Assembly (NCBI GenBank): GCA_046757025.1
Contig: JBHHXN010000050.1
Span: 1-31,512, forward strand
Length of the DNA: 31,512 nt
Direction of reading: 5' to 3'
Source: a bacterium
GTDB taxonomy: Bacteria; Zhuqueibacterota; Zhuqueibacteria; Oceanimicrobiales; Oceanimicrobiaceae
Both the position numbers and the translations under genes were made by a program. Below the pieces are notes generated by a model. It made no database searches, was not told the origin of the DNA, and saw nothing but the letters and a program-made list of their open reading frames with translations. Positions 1 through 8,184 of the stretch are shown here, piece after piece. Each line of letters opens with the position of its first letter. Positions within the stretch are counted from its first letter, which is position 1.

Positions 1-69
1 AAGTACATTCATTTCATATTGTCAGCAAGCTCAAATATCTTCTGCGAAACTTGAGATTTTAATAGCAAT

Positions 70-1611
70 TCAAGGTATTTTAAGAAGAATTATCGTCCCA
101 TGTTTTGTTTCGATACTATCCACGGCCATTCCGGTTTTCAGGCTCGTCGTTTGCAACTGGTCAAAGAGACCTCGATGCAGGTACAATTCATTTGACCGCG
201 AAATCAAGTTGCGATTCCGTATTTCAGGTGAAATTGAAAAACACTCAAAATGTTCCCATAAGAAAGGAAGTCGGCTGATCACCACTACCTGCTCGGGCAA
301 CGATCTTGACCAATTCTGAATTTGGGCATGTTCAAGCGCCGGACTGGTGTTCTGTTCATTAAATTGATTCCACACTTCCTCTCGATTTGGTAGCAAAATG
401 AAATAACCGGCCAAAACAGCCGTCATCATCCGAACACGAAAGCAGTTTGGTGATATTTTTGAAAGAAGAACTGCAGCCATCACCGACAAGCCGGCCATTT
501 GAAGCAAGAAAAACCGGCTACCGCCGGCGACATCGTACCGGCCGACTGAGTAAAATAATAGCAAAACAAAGTGTGAAACTGGAATCAACATCCAGGCTAT
601 CCAAGCGGTGATAACATTCGATGGTTTTTCATTTCCACGTTGCCATTTAATATAAATCAAAAAAGCGATAGCAGCAAACAAAAGCATGGGCCAGGGGCTG
701 TATTTAATCATAAATTTTAAATTGCTCATTAAATTGGAGGGGAAATAGGTCATAGAAAACCGCGATTCGGGTAAATTCATCAGATAGTATTTTTTCAAGG
801 ATAACACATGGATGACAAAACTCAACAGGAGCGCTCCCCCGGTCATCAAAAATAGCGCAACGTGTCGATTTGAAAATTTGATTTGTGATTTTCGAAACAA
901 AATAAATAACGGCAGGGTAACGATGATGTTTTCCAACCGAATGTGCAGAGCGATGAAGCCGGAGATGAAAGCCACAACCATCCAATCGGCGCCATCACCA
1001 TTTTGATTTTGCGACCGGTAATAACTTTCGGTGGCTGCCCAGAAAGATAAAACGAGCATGAGCAAAGCCAACGGTTCAGAGGCTCCTGAGCGGTACCAGC
1101 CGCCAACCACCGGATGCATGCCGTAAAAGATCACAACCGCATGCCCTGCTAAACCATTAGCGGCCAATCTCGCTGTAAGCGCCATCATCAATAAGAGAGT
1201 CAGGGACTCACAAACCTCATTAAAAATCTTTGGCCCCCGTTCCGTCCCAGCCCACGCCACAAACGGCATCATAAAAGCAGGAAAGCCGATGGGCCACTTG
1301 AAAAACCGCACTTGTTTCTGGCTGTCCGCCCACGCTTTCGTCACCGTGCCTCCGTATCCGTGCAGCATATTGAAAGCCATATTCGCATAGACATCTTCAT
1401 CATAATATATGCGATGTTGTTTTGGATGCTTGACATGATTCCACCCAACCACCAAACCCCAAACCATAATTGCAGACAAAAAGTATTCCCAGGAGGAAAC
1501 GATTTTTTTTAGTAAATTCCTTTTATAGAAGATCAGGTACAGCAGCCAGATGGTCATGGTCAAAAGAGTCAGGCACAGTACCAGTAGGGTTGCATAATGA
1601 TAAAAATACAA
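70..1611 (-). CDS. Multi-pass membrane glycosyltransferase, GT-C fold (PMT/ArnT-like)
   Basis: 513 aa with many hydrophobic segments. An acidic motif YYDEDVY follows the N-terminal TM helices, as in GT-C enzymes, with SEPL and RLEN loop motifs. TTG start with GGGAG 9 nt upstream. Follows a GT2 gene. Confidence 0.7.
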   Translation of the reverse strand: MYFYHYATLLVLCLTLLTMTIWLLYLIFYKRNLLKKIVSSWEYFLSAIMVWGLVVGWNHVKHPKQHRIYYDEDVYANMAFNMLHGYGGTVTKAWADSQKQVRFFKWPIGFPAFMMPFVAWAGTERGPKIFNEVCESLTLLLMMALTARLAANGLAGHAVVIFYGMHPVVGGWYRSGASEPLALLMLVLSFWAATESYYRSQNQNGDGADWMVVAFISGFIALHIRLENIIVTLPLFILFRKSQIKFSNRHVALFLMTGGALLLSFVIHVLSLKKYYLMNLPESRFSMTYFPSNLMSNLKFMIKYSPWPMLLFAAIAFLIYIKWQRGNEKPSNVITAWIAWMLIPVSHFVLLLFYSVGRYDVAGGSRFFLLQMAGLSVMAAVLLSKISPNCFRVRMMTAVLAGYFILLPNREEVWNQFNEQNTSPALEHAQIQNWSRSLPEQVVVISRLPFLWEHFECFSISPEIRNRNLISRSNELYLHRGLFDQLQTTSLKTGMAVDSIETKHGTIILLKIP

Positions 1612-1730
1612 GTCCGTATTCTCCCGAATTTAAACCGATCAGTCGCCACTTAACTTTTCTTATTTGCTGAAAATGTCGTAACTTGTTTTGTGCTGCATGC
1701 CCGACGAAGCAGATTTCCCAGTAAAAATGC

Positions 1731-2444
1731 TCATTTTGCCAGACTGGTTTGATACGTATATCGCAAGCATTTGAAAAAGAAAGATAAGCCAGATCTAATA
1801 ACATGCATTTTGGACTGATCAGCCCGACGCCGCTGATAAAATAACGGTACTTCATGAAAGGCTAAATTTTTACTGGCAGCGCCGAACATAAGGTCGAAAT
1901 CGCCCCATCGACAATTTGAAGGCGGTAGGTCAAGAAAGTTCACTCTGGAAATGGCCTTGACGCCGCACAAAACATCCGAGATTTTTCGGCCCAGCAATCG
2001 TGACATCCAGAAAGCAAAAAAGAGATTTCCCCAGCGATTCAAACGGGGCATGGCGCCTTTTTCCATTTTATCGGCAAAGCGAGAGCCGAACACAAACCGA
2101 TTCGGGTCTTGTTTGAACAGGGAAACCACCGCGCGGAGACTGGCTGGCGCAATGGTTAGATCGGCGTCGTAGATTACGATGACATCGCATTCGATGCATT
2201 GTGCAGCGAATCGAACAGCCTGATTTTTACCGCCATTTTTTGGAAGAAAGAAAGCTTGCAAGCGGGGTGTAAATCGATTCTGCAATGTCCACAGCAATCT
2301 TCCGGTGCCATCGGTGGATGCGTCATCCACCACGACCACTCGATCAAACAGCTCCAAGGCCAGCAATTCAAAAACACATGCTTCAATGTTTTTAACCTCA
2401 TTGAAGCAGGGAACGATAACTGCAAAAGTAAGCTTCGGTTTCAT
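1731..2444 (-). CDS. Glycosyltransferase family 2 (polyprenol-phosphate glycosyltransferase, DPM1-like)
   Basis: Motifs VIVPCFNE, VVVDDASTDGT, NGGKNQA, DADL (DxD), GSRF, ISDVLCGVKA, EVPL. Confidence 0.9.
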   Translation of the reverse strand: MKPKLTFAVIVPCFNEVKNIEACVFELLALELFDRVVVVDDASTDGTGRLLWTLQNRFTPRLQAFFLPKNGGKNQAVRFAAQCIECDVIVIYDADLTIAPASLRAVVSLFKQDPNRFVFGSRFADKMEKGAMPRLNRWGNLFFAFWMSRLLGRKISDVLCGVKAISRVNFLDLPPSNCRWGDFDLMFGAASKNLAFHEVPLFYQRRRADQSKMHVIRSGLSFFFKCLRYTYQTSLAK

Positions 2445-2643
2445 GACTTAAACCATTTTACCCGGTGGAATAACATTCGAACGATGCAGCGCCGTGGCCA
2501 GGACAAAATCGACAACGGTCGTTGCAATGCTAAGTGACAAAGATGCACGGCCACTCCACATGCAAGCTCAATTGGCAACCTCGAGAGTAGGGGTCACAAA
2601 GCCGGTTCTGATTTCCGGAGACGGCATCGCCGTTCTCAACGCA

Positions 2644-2659
2644 AGCCCCAAAAGGGGCT
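2644..2659 (-). terminator. Short GC-rich hairpin just downstream of precursor A1 (weak terminator or mRNA stabiliser)
   Basis: AGCCCC-AAAA-GGGGCT perfect 6-bp stem, 5 nt after the stop codon, with no strong U-tract. Confidence 0.35.
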
Positions 2660-2664
2660 ATCCA

Positions 2665-3201
2665 CTAATTGGGGTACCAGTAGGAGACCGTTCTTCCGCC
2701 TTCGGTGTCACAGGTACATACCCGGTCGCAGGTGCAAACGGTATCGCAATCACATTGTCTAGTGGGGACGGTATCGCAGGTGCAGACCGTATCGCAGGTA
2801 CAGACGGTTTCGGTGCCAGGATAAGTACGATTTGTGGCAACGCAGTCGCAAAGGCATGTGGCGCCCTTTGGTAAAGGCTGGTCACAGGCAATGGTTTTTA
2901 TGGCTTTGCCCATGCGGCGGTCGGTTTGAGAGATATTTTGGGTATCGTAGCGTCGGGTGCGTTTTGAGCTTGAGCAGCCCGTACTCATGTTGGCCACGGC
3001 GGCTCCGCCAGCCACCGCTGCCGCAGTGGTGGAAAGCATTTTTAAAAATGCCCGCCGGGATTGCGAATCGCTTTCACGCCGGTCAACTATTTTTAGAATT
3101 TTGGCTGGCTCGCGATTTTTTTCTCCTTTGGCCGGTTGGATGAGATGATCGGGTGCTTGGGCAGGGTGAGATCGATCTACTTTTTTTTGTTTATCAATCA
3201 T
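2665..3201 (-). CDS. Cys-rich putative rSAM-modified precursor protein A1 with twin-arginine signal
   Basis: 178 aa, GGAGG RBS. SRRAFLK followed by an Ala/Gly-rich stretch and GC. CLCDC plus five CxCD repeats, 15 Cys, C-terminal SYWYPN. Paralog of 3356..3832 and downstream of four rSAM genes. Confidence 0.85.
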   Translation of the reverse strand: MIDKQKKVDRSHPAQAPDHLIQPAKGEKNREPAKILKIVDRRESDSQSRRAFLKMLSTTAAAVAGGAAVANMSTGCSSSKRTRRYDTQNISQTDRRMGKAIKTIACDQPLPKGATCLCDCVATNRTYPGTETVCTCDTVCTCDTVPTRQCDCDTVCTCDRVCTCDTEGGRTVSYWYPN

Positions 3202-3355
3202 TGTTCCTCCTCACAAAGCAAACACAAAAAATGTTTATCCGCTCGTTTTTATTTTAACAACGTAATAAAGGCCAAATTTGGCAGCCAATATTTAAGAACC
3301 TGATAAACTGTGAGCCTGCACAAATTGCCATTCACCAGTGAATTACAAAACCGCT

Positions 3356-3832
3356 TTAGTTGGGGTACCAGTAACTTCCACCACCGCCACCTTCCGAATC
3401 GCAGGTACAAACCCGGTCGCAGGTACAAACGGTATTGCACGTGCACACCGTGTCACATCTGCATGTTTGATAGGAGTGGCTTGTGGCTACGCAATCACAT
3501 AAACAAACTGCCCCTGCAGGCAAAGGATCGCTACAAGGCATTGATTTCACAGAGCTCCACTGCGATTCTCTTTGCGTATCATACTCACTTTCCATCGGGT
3601 TCGAACAACCCTGGTTGATACCAGAAACCGCCGCGCCACCAGCTAATGCCGCTGCAGTGGTGGACAGCTTTTTCAAAAAGTCCCGACGCGTTTGCGAATC
3701 ACCCTCACTTCTATTAACAATATTTAGAATCTGAGCCGGTTCTTTCGCATTTTTGTCCTCTAATGGTTTGATAGTGTGATCCGGAGGCGACTGTTTTTGC
3801 TGTCGGTGCGATTTGTTGTGTTTTTTTGCCAT
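3356..3832 (-). CDS. Cys-rich putative rSAM-modified precursor protein A2 with twin-arginine signal
   Basis: The ORF track starts at 3844, but the ATG at 3832 (MAKK) has GGAGG 5 nt upstream. TRRDFLK followed by an Ala/Gly-rich stretch and GC. CLCDC plus four CxC(D/N) repeats, 13 Cys, C-terminal GGGGGSYWYPN. Confidence 0.85.
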   Translation of the reverse strand: MAKKHNKSHRQQKQSPPDHTIKPLEDKNAKEPAQILNIVNRSEGDSQTRRDFLKKLSTTAAALAGGAAVSGINQGCSNPMESEYDTQRESQWSSVKSMPCSDPLPAGAVCLCDCVATSHSYQTCRCDTVCTCNTVCTCDRVCTCDSEGGGGGSYWYPN

Positions 3833-3938
3833 TTTTTCCTCCATTATTTAAGGTGTTATGATAAAAACTTGTTCTGTTATTTCGAGGTGTACACTACTGC
3901 TGTAGTTCTTTCAGTAAGAACAGTTATCCTCAAGCGCA

Positions 3939-4031
3939 GTCTTTGCGAGCGATCCAACTGAGCGGGAGAGCGAAGCAATCTCCTTCCCCTGTATCTGGAG
4001 ATTGCATCGTCACTTCGCTCCTCGCAAAGAC
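3939..4031. repeat. Palindromic intergenic repeat element (REP/RPE-like)
   Basis: Terminal IR GTCTTTGCGAG...CTCGCAAAGAC with inner IR GCAATCTCC...GGAGATTGC. Related sequences at about 20305-20370 and 27221-27468. Confidence 0.8.
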
Positions 4032-4049
4032 GGGTTGTACTTAGAAACT

Positions 4050-5477
4050 TTATTCGGTTGTCAGGATCTTCTCCTTCCTGTTCTGGGTCGTTGAAGACAC
4101 CTGACGAGATCGAAACATTTCACTAAACCAGGCCCGGACCGCCAATTTATTCACCTGACACCGGAAGCCTCCCTCTCCTCGGTCATCTGTTTGTAAAAGA
4201 CACACATCCGGACAGTCCCTGGCACAATGGTAAATGTTCACGCAATCGAGGCAGCGCCGGGGGATGCGTGCCGCCTGCTGTCGCAACTGCGCCACACGTG
4301 GATGATTTAGTGCAAAGCCGGGGTCTGGTTGAAAAATTTCTTCCCCGATTTTCATGCTTGGTCCATTTGAGCTGCGGCTGTCCACGGTTAAAAAGCACAC
4401 CGTAGCCGTTCCATCCGGCGTAAGGTGCAGCACATTCCGAAACAGGTGACAGTATGGACCATGAATCTCCTCGGTTCGAACGCCCGACATGCTCAGGTTG
4501 GCGCCCATGGAATGCGCAGTCTTTTGTGCCTCCACAAAAGATTCGACAAACTCCCGGGCCGCTTGTTTCTGAAAACCTTCGGACCTGGAATGGTTCGTCA
4601 AGTAAACCGGCTCGAACCGAATCGTTTTCGCTTTGAATTCACAGCAAAATAACGCGACGATGTCTTTTTGCCGGTGAAAAGAATTCGGCGTGATCGTGGC
4701 TCGGATGGCGAACGGAACGCCTCTTTGAGCAAACAGATTCGCGGTTCGCTTCACAATTTGAAAGGTCGGTTGACCGTTCATCATAGGCCGCTGATCATTT
4801 TGAATATTTGCCGGACCATCGCACGAAAGACCGATGAGATTGAAATGGTCGGCAAGCCATTCGGCTCGGTTTTTCGGTAGAACGCCATGCGTGGCAATGT
4901 ATGCCCACCATTCAAGCCCATATTCGTGGGCGATTTTTCTCGTGCAGGCGACGATAGCTTGCAAGAGCTTCCAATGCAGCGTGGGTTCGCCGCCGCCGTG
5001 CAAAACAAGCGTAAAACGTTTGTTTTTTTTCTGACAGATTTTCGCCACCGCATGCGCGGCAGTTTGAACGGTCTGTTCGTTTATCACCGGCAGTTTTGAA
5101 TCCGCACCGTGGCGAATAGTATTCTGCGAAATACCCTGTTCCCCACAGCGGCCATTTTCATTTGCCGCAAAACAATAGCGGCAGCTCAAGTTACATTTAT
5201 TACTGAGATAGACGGTCAGGCATTCCGGCGTAAACGGCGCACTGGCCAGTTCCTGCCATCGCGATTTTGCTGCGGCAGCCGCCTCGATCAATTGAGACGC
5301 GGCCGCGGGTAATTCTAATCCTGCTGGCGCCGGCAGATGATTCAAATAGCCGGCGAATCGCTCTGCTTCCGCAGGGGAGAGCCATTGCGGACGCCCCGGG
5401 GCGTAGGCCAGATACCAGTATCTTTTTTTAATTAAAAAAATGGGCAGATCACGATGTAGCTTTTTGATTTTCATCAT
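4050..5477 (-). CDS. Radical SAM/SPASM-domain peptide maturase (rSAM-4)
   Basis: CNLSCRYC motif, HGGGEPTL, LSCDGP, and a C-terminal Cys cluster C..C..CLDC-x5-CARDC..C. The likely start is the ATG at 5477, overlapping the upstream TGA (ATGA); the ORF track extends to 5567. Confidence 0.9.
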   Translation of the reverse strand: MMKIKKLHRDLPIFLIKKRYWYLAYAPGRPQWLSPAEAERFAGYLNHLPAPAGLELPAAASQLIEAAAAAKSRWQELASAPFTPECLTVYLSNKCNLSCRYCFAANENGRCGEQGISQNTIRHGADSKLPVINEQTVQTAAHAVAKICQKKNKRFTLVLHGGGEPTLHWKLLQAIVACTRKIAHEYGLEWWAYIATHGVLPKNRAEWLADHFNLIGLSCDGPANIQNDQRPMMNGQPTFQIVKRTANLFAQRGVPFAIRATITPNSFHRQKDIVALFCCEFKAKTIRFEPVYLTNHSRSEGFQKQAAREFVESFVEAQKTAHSMGANLSMSGVRTEEIHGPYCHLFRNVLHLTPDGTATVCFLTVDSRSSNGPSMKIGEEIFQPDPGFALNHPRVAQLRQQAARIPRRCLDCVNIYHCARDCPDVCLLQTDDRGEGGFRCQVNKLAVRAWFSEMFRSRQVSSTTQNRKEKILTTE

Positions 5478-6865
5478 CCAACAATGGCGTTTAATGAAGT
5501 GTCTGCCGTGGCCGCTTTCAGCGTATGAAAGATTTGATCTTTGGTCAGCTCCTGGTTTATGTAACAACGGTCCGGCGCCTGCGGGTAGAGTTGTCCGCCT
5601 TCACGGGCTGATTTGGCAGGGCAATCGCCAGCACAGTGGTATTTGCAAAAACATTTTGAACAAAACGGTTTGTTTTGAACGGTTAATCCGTACAATTTTT
5701 TTCTTCGTTCCTCATCGATAACCATTTTTCTTGCGTTTCGGTCGAAATGGCCGTAAACAAACAGACTCGATAGCGGGTCGTCGAGGTCGAGTACTTCGAA
5801 GCAGCTCGTAATGATGGCGTTCGGGGTCACGGCGCAGGAGTTGCCAGCGGCTTCGCAGAAGATGTTTGACAAGACGCCAAAGCGGGCGCCCGAATAAGAA
5901 AGATTGCGGCCGAAGCGCATGGCAATCTTTCGAGCTTTTCTGAAACAGGTGACAAAATCCCGTGCTGCCGGCGATTTGAGATCGGATTCGATGGCGCGGC
6001 CTTGCGGAAACATCGGCTCGATTTTGATCTGCCTGGCTGCAAACTCTTCACAAAAAAACTGCACGATTTCCTCCAGTCGATGCACGCTTTTTGAGGTGAC
6101 CGTGGTGCGGATGCCGTACTGAAATCCGTTCCGATCAAAATCTTTGAGCGTTTCGAAAACGTGCATGAATGAGCCTCTGCCATTTGGAAGCGGTCGGTGC
6201 AGGTTCTGGATATCTTCGACGCCATCCACCGACACCGTGGCGCTGTCTATATTTTCAACAATCCAGCGGCGCTGTTTTGGATTCAAAATTCCCGCCAGGC
6301 CGATGGCGGTAGTGACTTTGATTTTATGCGGCGAGGTTATTTTGTGAGCATATTCCATGGTGTCTTTCAGCAGATTCCAGGCCGTGGCCACGTCTCCGCC
6401 TCCGTGAAAAATCACCGACAGGCGGCGGCTGCCAGCCTGACGCACATTCCGGCACACTTCATCCAGCACCCCGGTAACAACGTCAAACGGCATTCTGAGG
6501 ATATTTTTACCAGGAGTCAGCTCCCCACCCAGGGCATAACAATATTTGCAGCGCAGCGGACAATCGTTGGTGAGAAACAAGGTGACGCTTTGCGGTGCTA
6601 ACGGCGGTAGCGGGCGCGCGCGCCGCATTCGAGCCCGCTCCTTCCGGCTGTCAAACAACATGTCGATAAATCCTGAATTCACCCCGAGCTCGGCAATGGC
6701 AACTTTGTCGCCCTGTCGGGCACGGTAAAGCAGGTTGACGAAACGGGCGTTGGTTTCCAGCACGATCCCTTTGAGCGGTAAATAAAGGACATAGCGATCA
6801 TCCTTAGAAATACAGAAAACATCTTCAAACAACGACGCTGGTAATTTTTTATTTGCAGAATGCAT
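5474..6865 (-). CDS. Radical SAM/SPASM-domain peptide maturase (rSAM-3)
   Basis: CPLRCKYC, VSVDG, SPASM-type FC..TSC..CSKCFCKYHCAGDC..RC, GAGG RBS. The GGE motif appears as GGGDV. Confidence 0.9.
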   Translation of the reverse strand: MHSANKKLPASLFEDVFCISKDDRYVLYLPLKGIVLETNARFVNLLYRARQGDKVAIAELGVNSGFIDMLFDSRKERARMRRARPLPPLAPQSVTLFLTNDCPLRCKYCYALGGELTPGKNILRMPFDVVTGVLDEVCRNVRQAGSRRLSVIFHGGGDVATAWNLLKDTMEYAHKITSPHKIKVTTAIGLAGILNPKQRRWIVENIDSATVSVDGVEDIQNLHRPLPNGRGSFMHVFETLKDFDRNGFQYGIRTTVTSKSVHRLEEIVQFFCEEFAARQIKIEPMFPQGRAIESDLKSPAARDFVTCFRKARKIAMRFGRNLSYSGARFGVLSNIFCEAAGNSCAVTPNAIITSCFEVLDLDDPLSSLFVYGHFDRNARKMVIDEERRKKLYGLTVQNKPFCSKCFCKYHCAGDCPAKSAREGGQLYPQAPDRCYINQELTKDQIFHTLKAATADTSLNAIVG

Positions 6866-6879
6866 GAATACCTCATTCG

Positions 6880-7887
6880 TTAATTGGCAGTCATTCTGAT
6901 GGTATTTTGTAATTCTCCGGTTGACACGTTAAATTCAATTCGTCGATAACGCCGCATGGAAGCTGCGAGACATCCGCCGCTGCATTTATTTTGTATCATC
7001 CAGGTGCATTCAGCACAGTACTGGTGGAGCCTCACTTGACGATCGTGGGCTTGTTTTCTCGCGTATTGTGTTCGCAGCCACACGGCATTGTGTTTTTCTG
7101 GTAAAGGCAAGTTCACGTGTTTGAACAAGGGATAGCAGGAAATCGTCTGGCCGTTTGCAAGAATATCGATAATTGGGCTGCACGTTAACCCGACCTGACG
7201 CGCACCCATACCCAAATACTCCATCGCGCCTTCCGGGAACATGCAGGGCACCCAGCCGCAGTCGAAATCGATGGAAACGCCTCGCTTCCGGGCACGCACA
7301 GCAAATTCCGTCGCGCGCAGGCCAACTTGCGGGTAATGGTTTGGATGCAGAAATTCATTCCGACTTTCGGGATCCGGGTGAGAAAGACCGAGCCGCACGC
7401 ATTTAATCAATCCGTATTCCTGAATCAGATCGAGGATGAAATCAAGCTCAATCCCCGGACTAAAAATATTGATCCCCGGCATGACACAATTTCCTAGTTG
7501 TTTGCACAGTTCACGCTGTCGGGCATGCTCGGATGGTTTGCCTTCCTGTGGATGAAGAAGATTCAACAGCAGTTTCAGTTTACGGCCTTTCATTTTTTTC
7601 AGTGCATGGAGCACTTTGTTCGGCACCAAGCCGCCGGTAAAAATCAACAGTCGCATCTGGCGCGCCAATGCAATCTGAATCATCTCCAGAAATTGCGGAT
7701 GCAGCGTGGGTTCGCCTCCTAGCAGGCGAACCTCATTTATGCCGGAGCGCTGCAAAAAATGTAAAGCGCGTTCATATTGTGTTAGCGACATGAAACTTTG
7801 CAAATCCGGCAACTTACCTAATTTCTCCATTGCAAAACAGTAAGAGCAGGCGCGATTACATTTCGATGTGATGGAAAGATTAGCCAT
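6880..7887 (-). CDS. Short radical SAM protein with C-terminal SPASM/twitch-type Cys cluster (rSAM-2)
   Basis: CNRACSYC at residue 10, LGGEPTLHP, DCGWVPC, C..C..CAEC-x7-CSGGC. No N-terminal extension; overlaps the upstream RRE gene by 8 nt. Confidence 0.9.
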   Translation of the reverse strand: MANLSITSKCNRACSYCFAMEKLGKLPDLQSFMSLTQYERALHFLQRSGINEVRLLGGEPTLHPQFLEMIQIALARQMRLLIFTGGLVPNKVLHALKKMKGRKLKLLLNLLHPQEGKPSEHARQRELCKQLGNCVMPGINIFSPGIELDFILDLIQEYGLIKCVRLGLSHPDPESRNEFLHPNHYPQVGLRATEFAVRARKRGVSIDFDCGWVPCMFPEGAMEYLGMGARQVGLTCSPIIDILANGQTISCYPLFKHVNLPLPEKHNAVWLRTQYARKQAHDRQVRLHQYCAECTWMIQNKCSGGCLAASMRRYRRIEFNVSTGELQNTIRMTAN

Positions 7888-8164
7888 GGTTTTCCTCCCT
7901 CACTAAAAATCCCATGGCAAACCACTCATGCAAAGACTCCAAAAGCAATCTTTCTGCGTCCGGCTCATCGAGTGTGGCTATGTGAGCCAGCATGCGCACC
8001 GCCACCGGCAGGCGGTAACCACGACTCACCAAGTCCCAAACCGCGGCTTGCGGGTATTCTATGTGCAAGTGTTTTTGCGAACCTTTCACAAGCAGCAATC
8101 CCCGTCTTTCGACAACCCACCGAACTTCGGGCGCCACCTTGAATTTCTCGGGTGAATTCGTCAT
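7880..8164 (-). CDS. Stand-alone PqqD-like RiPP recognition element (RRE)
   Basis: 94 aa with a beta-strand then helix pattern typical of PqqD (AAVWDLV...LAHIA...AERLLLESLHEWFAMGFL); located between rSAM genes. Confidence 0.7.
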   Translation of the reverse strand: MTNSPEKFKVAPEVRWVVERRGLLLVKGSQKHLHIEYPQAAVWDLVSRGYRLPVAVRMLAHIATLDEPDAERLLLESLHEWFAMGFLVREENHG

Positions 8165-8184
8165 TTAAAAGCTCACTTTATCAA

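Noticed and set aside
1..12. Possible start (MNVL) of a further minus-strand gene at the window edge
   Set aside because: Only four codons are visible and there is no clear RBS
2445..2664. Short minus-strand ORFs between precursor A1 and GT2 (e.g. MWSGRASLSLSIATTVVDFVL...)
   Set aside because: No RBS, under 50 aa, and only a faint GtrA-like look; not supportable
2494..2891. Overlapping ORFs 2494..2874 (+) and 2658..2891 (-)
   Set aside because: Antisense or alternative-frame shadows of the repetitive precursor gene
3271..3282. Perfect palindrome GCCAAATTTGGC between the precursor genes
   Set aside because: Single occurrence, does not fit sigma54 spacing, and could be chance
2707..3463. Recurring 18-nt GTCGCAGGTACAAAC-like units as a possible CRISPR array
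   Set aside because: The units are contiguous with no unique spacers, lie in frame and vary at synonymous positions; they encode the CxCDxV repeats. No cas genes are present.
5412..5420. YWY in the rSAM-4 N-terminus echoing the precursor YWYPN
   Set aside because: It aligns with the beta-strand motif shared with the other rSAM paralogs; likely coincidence
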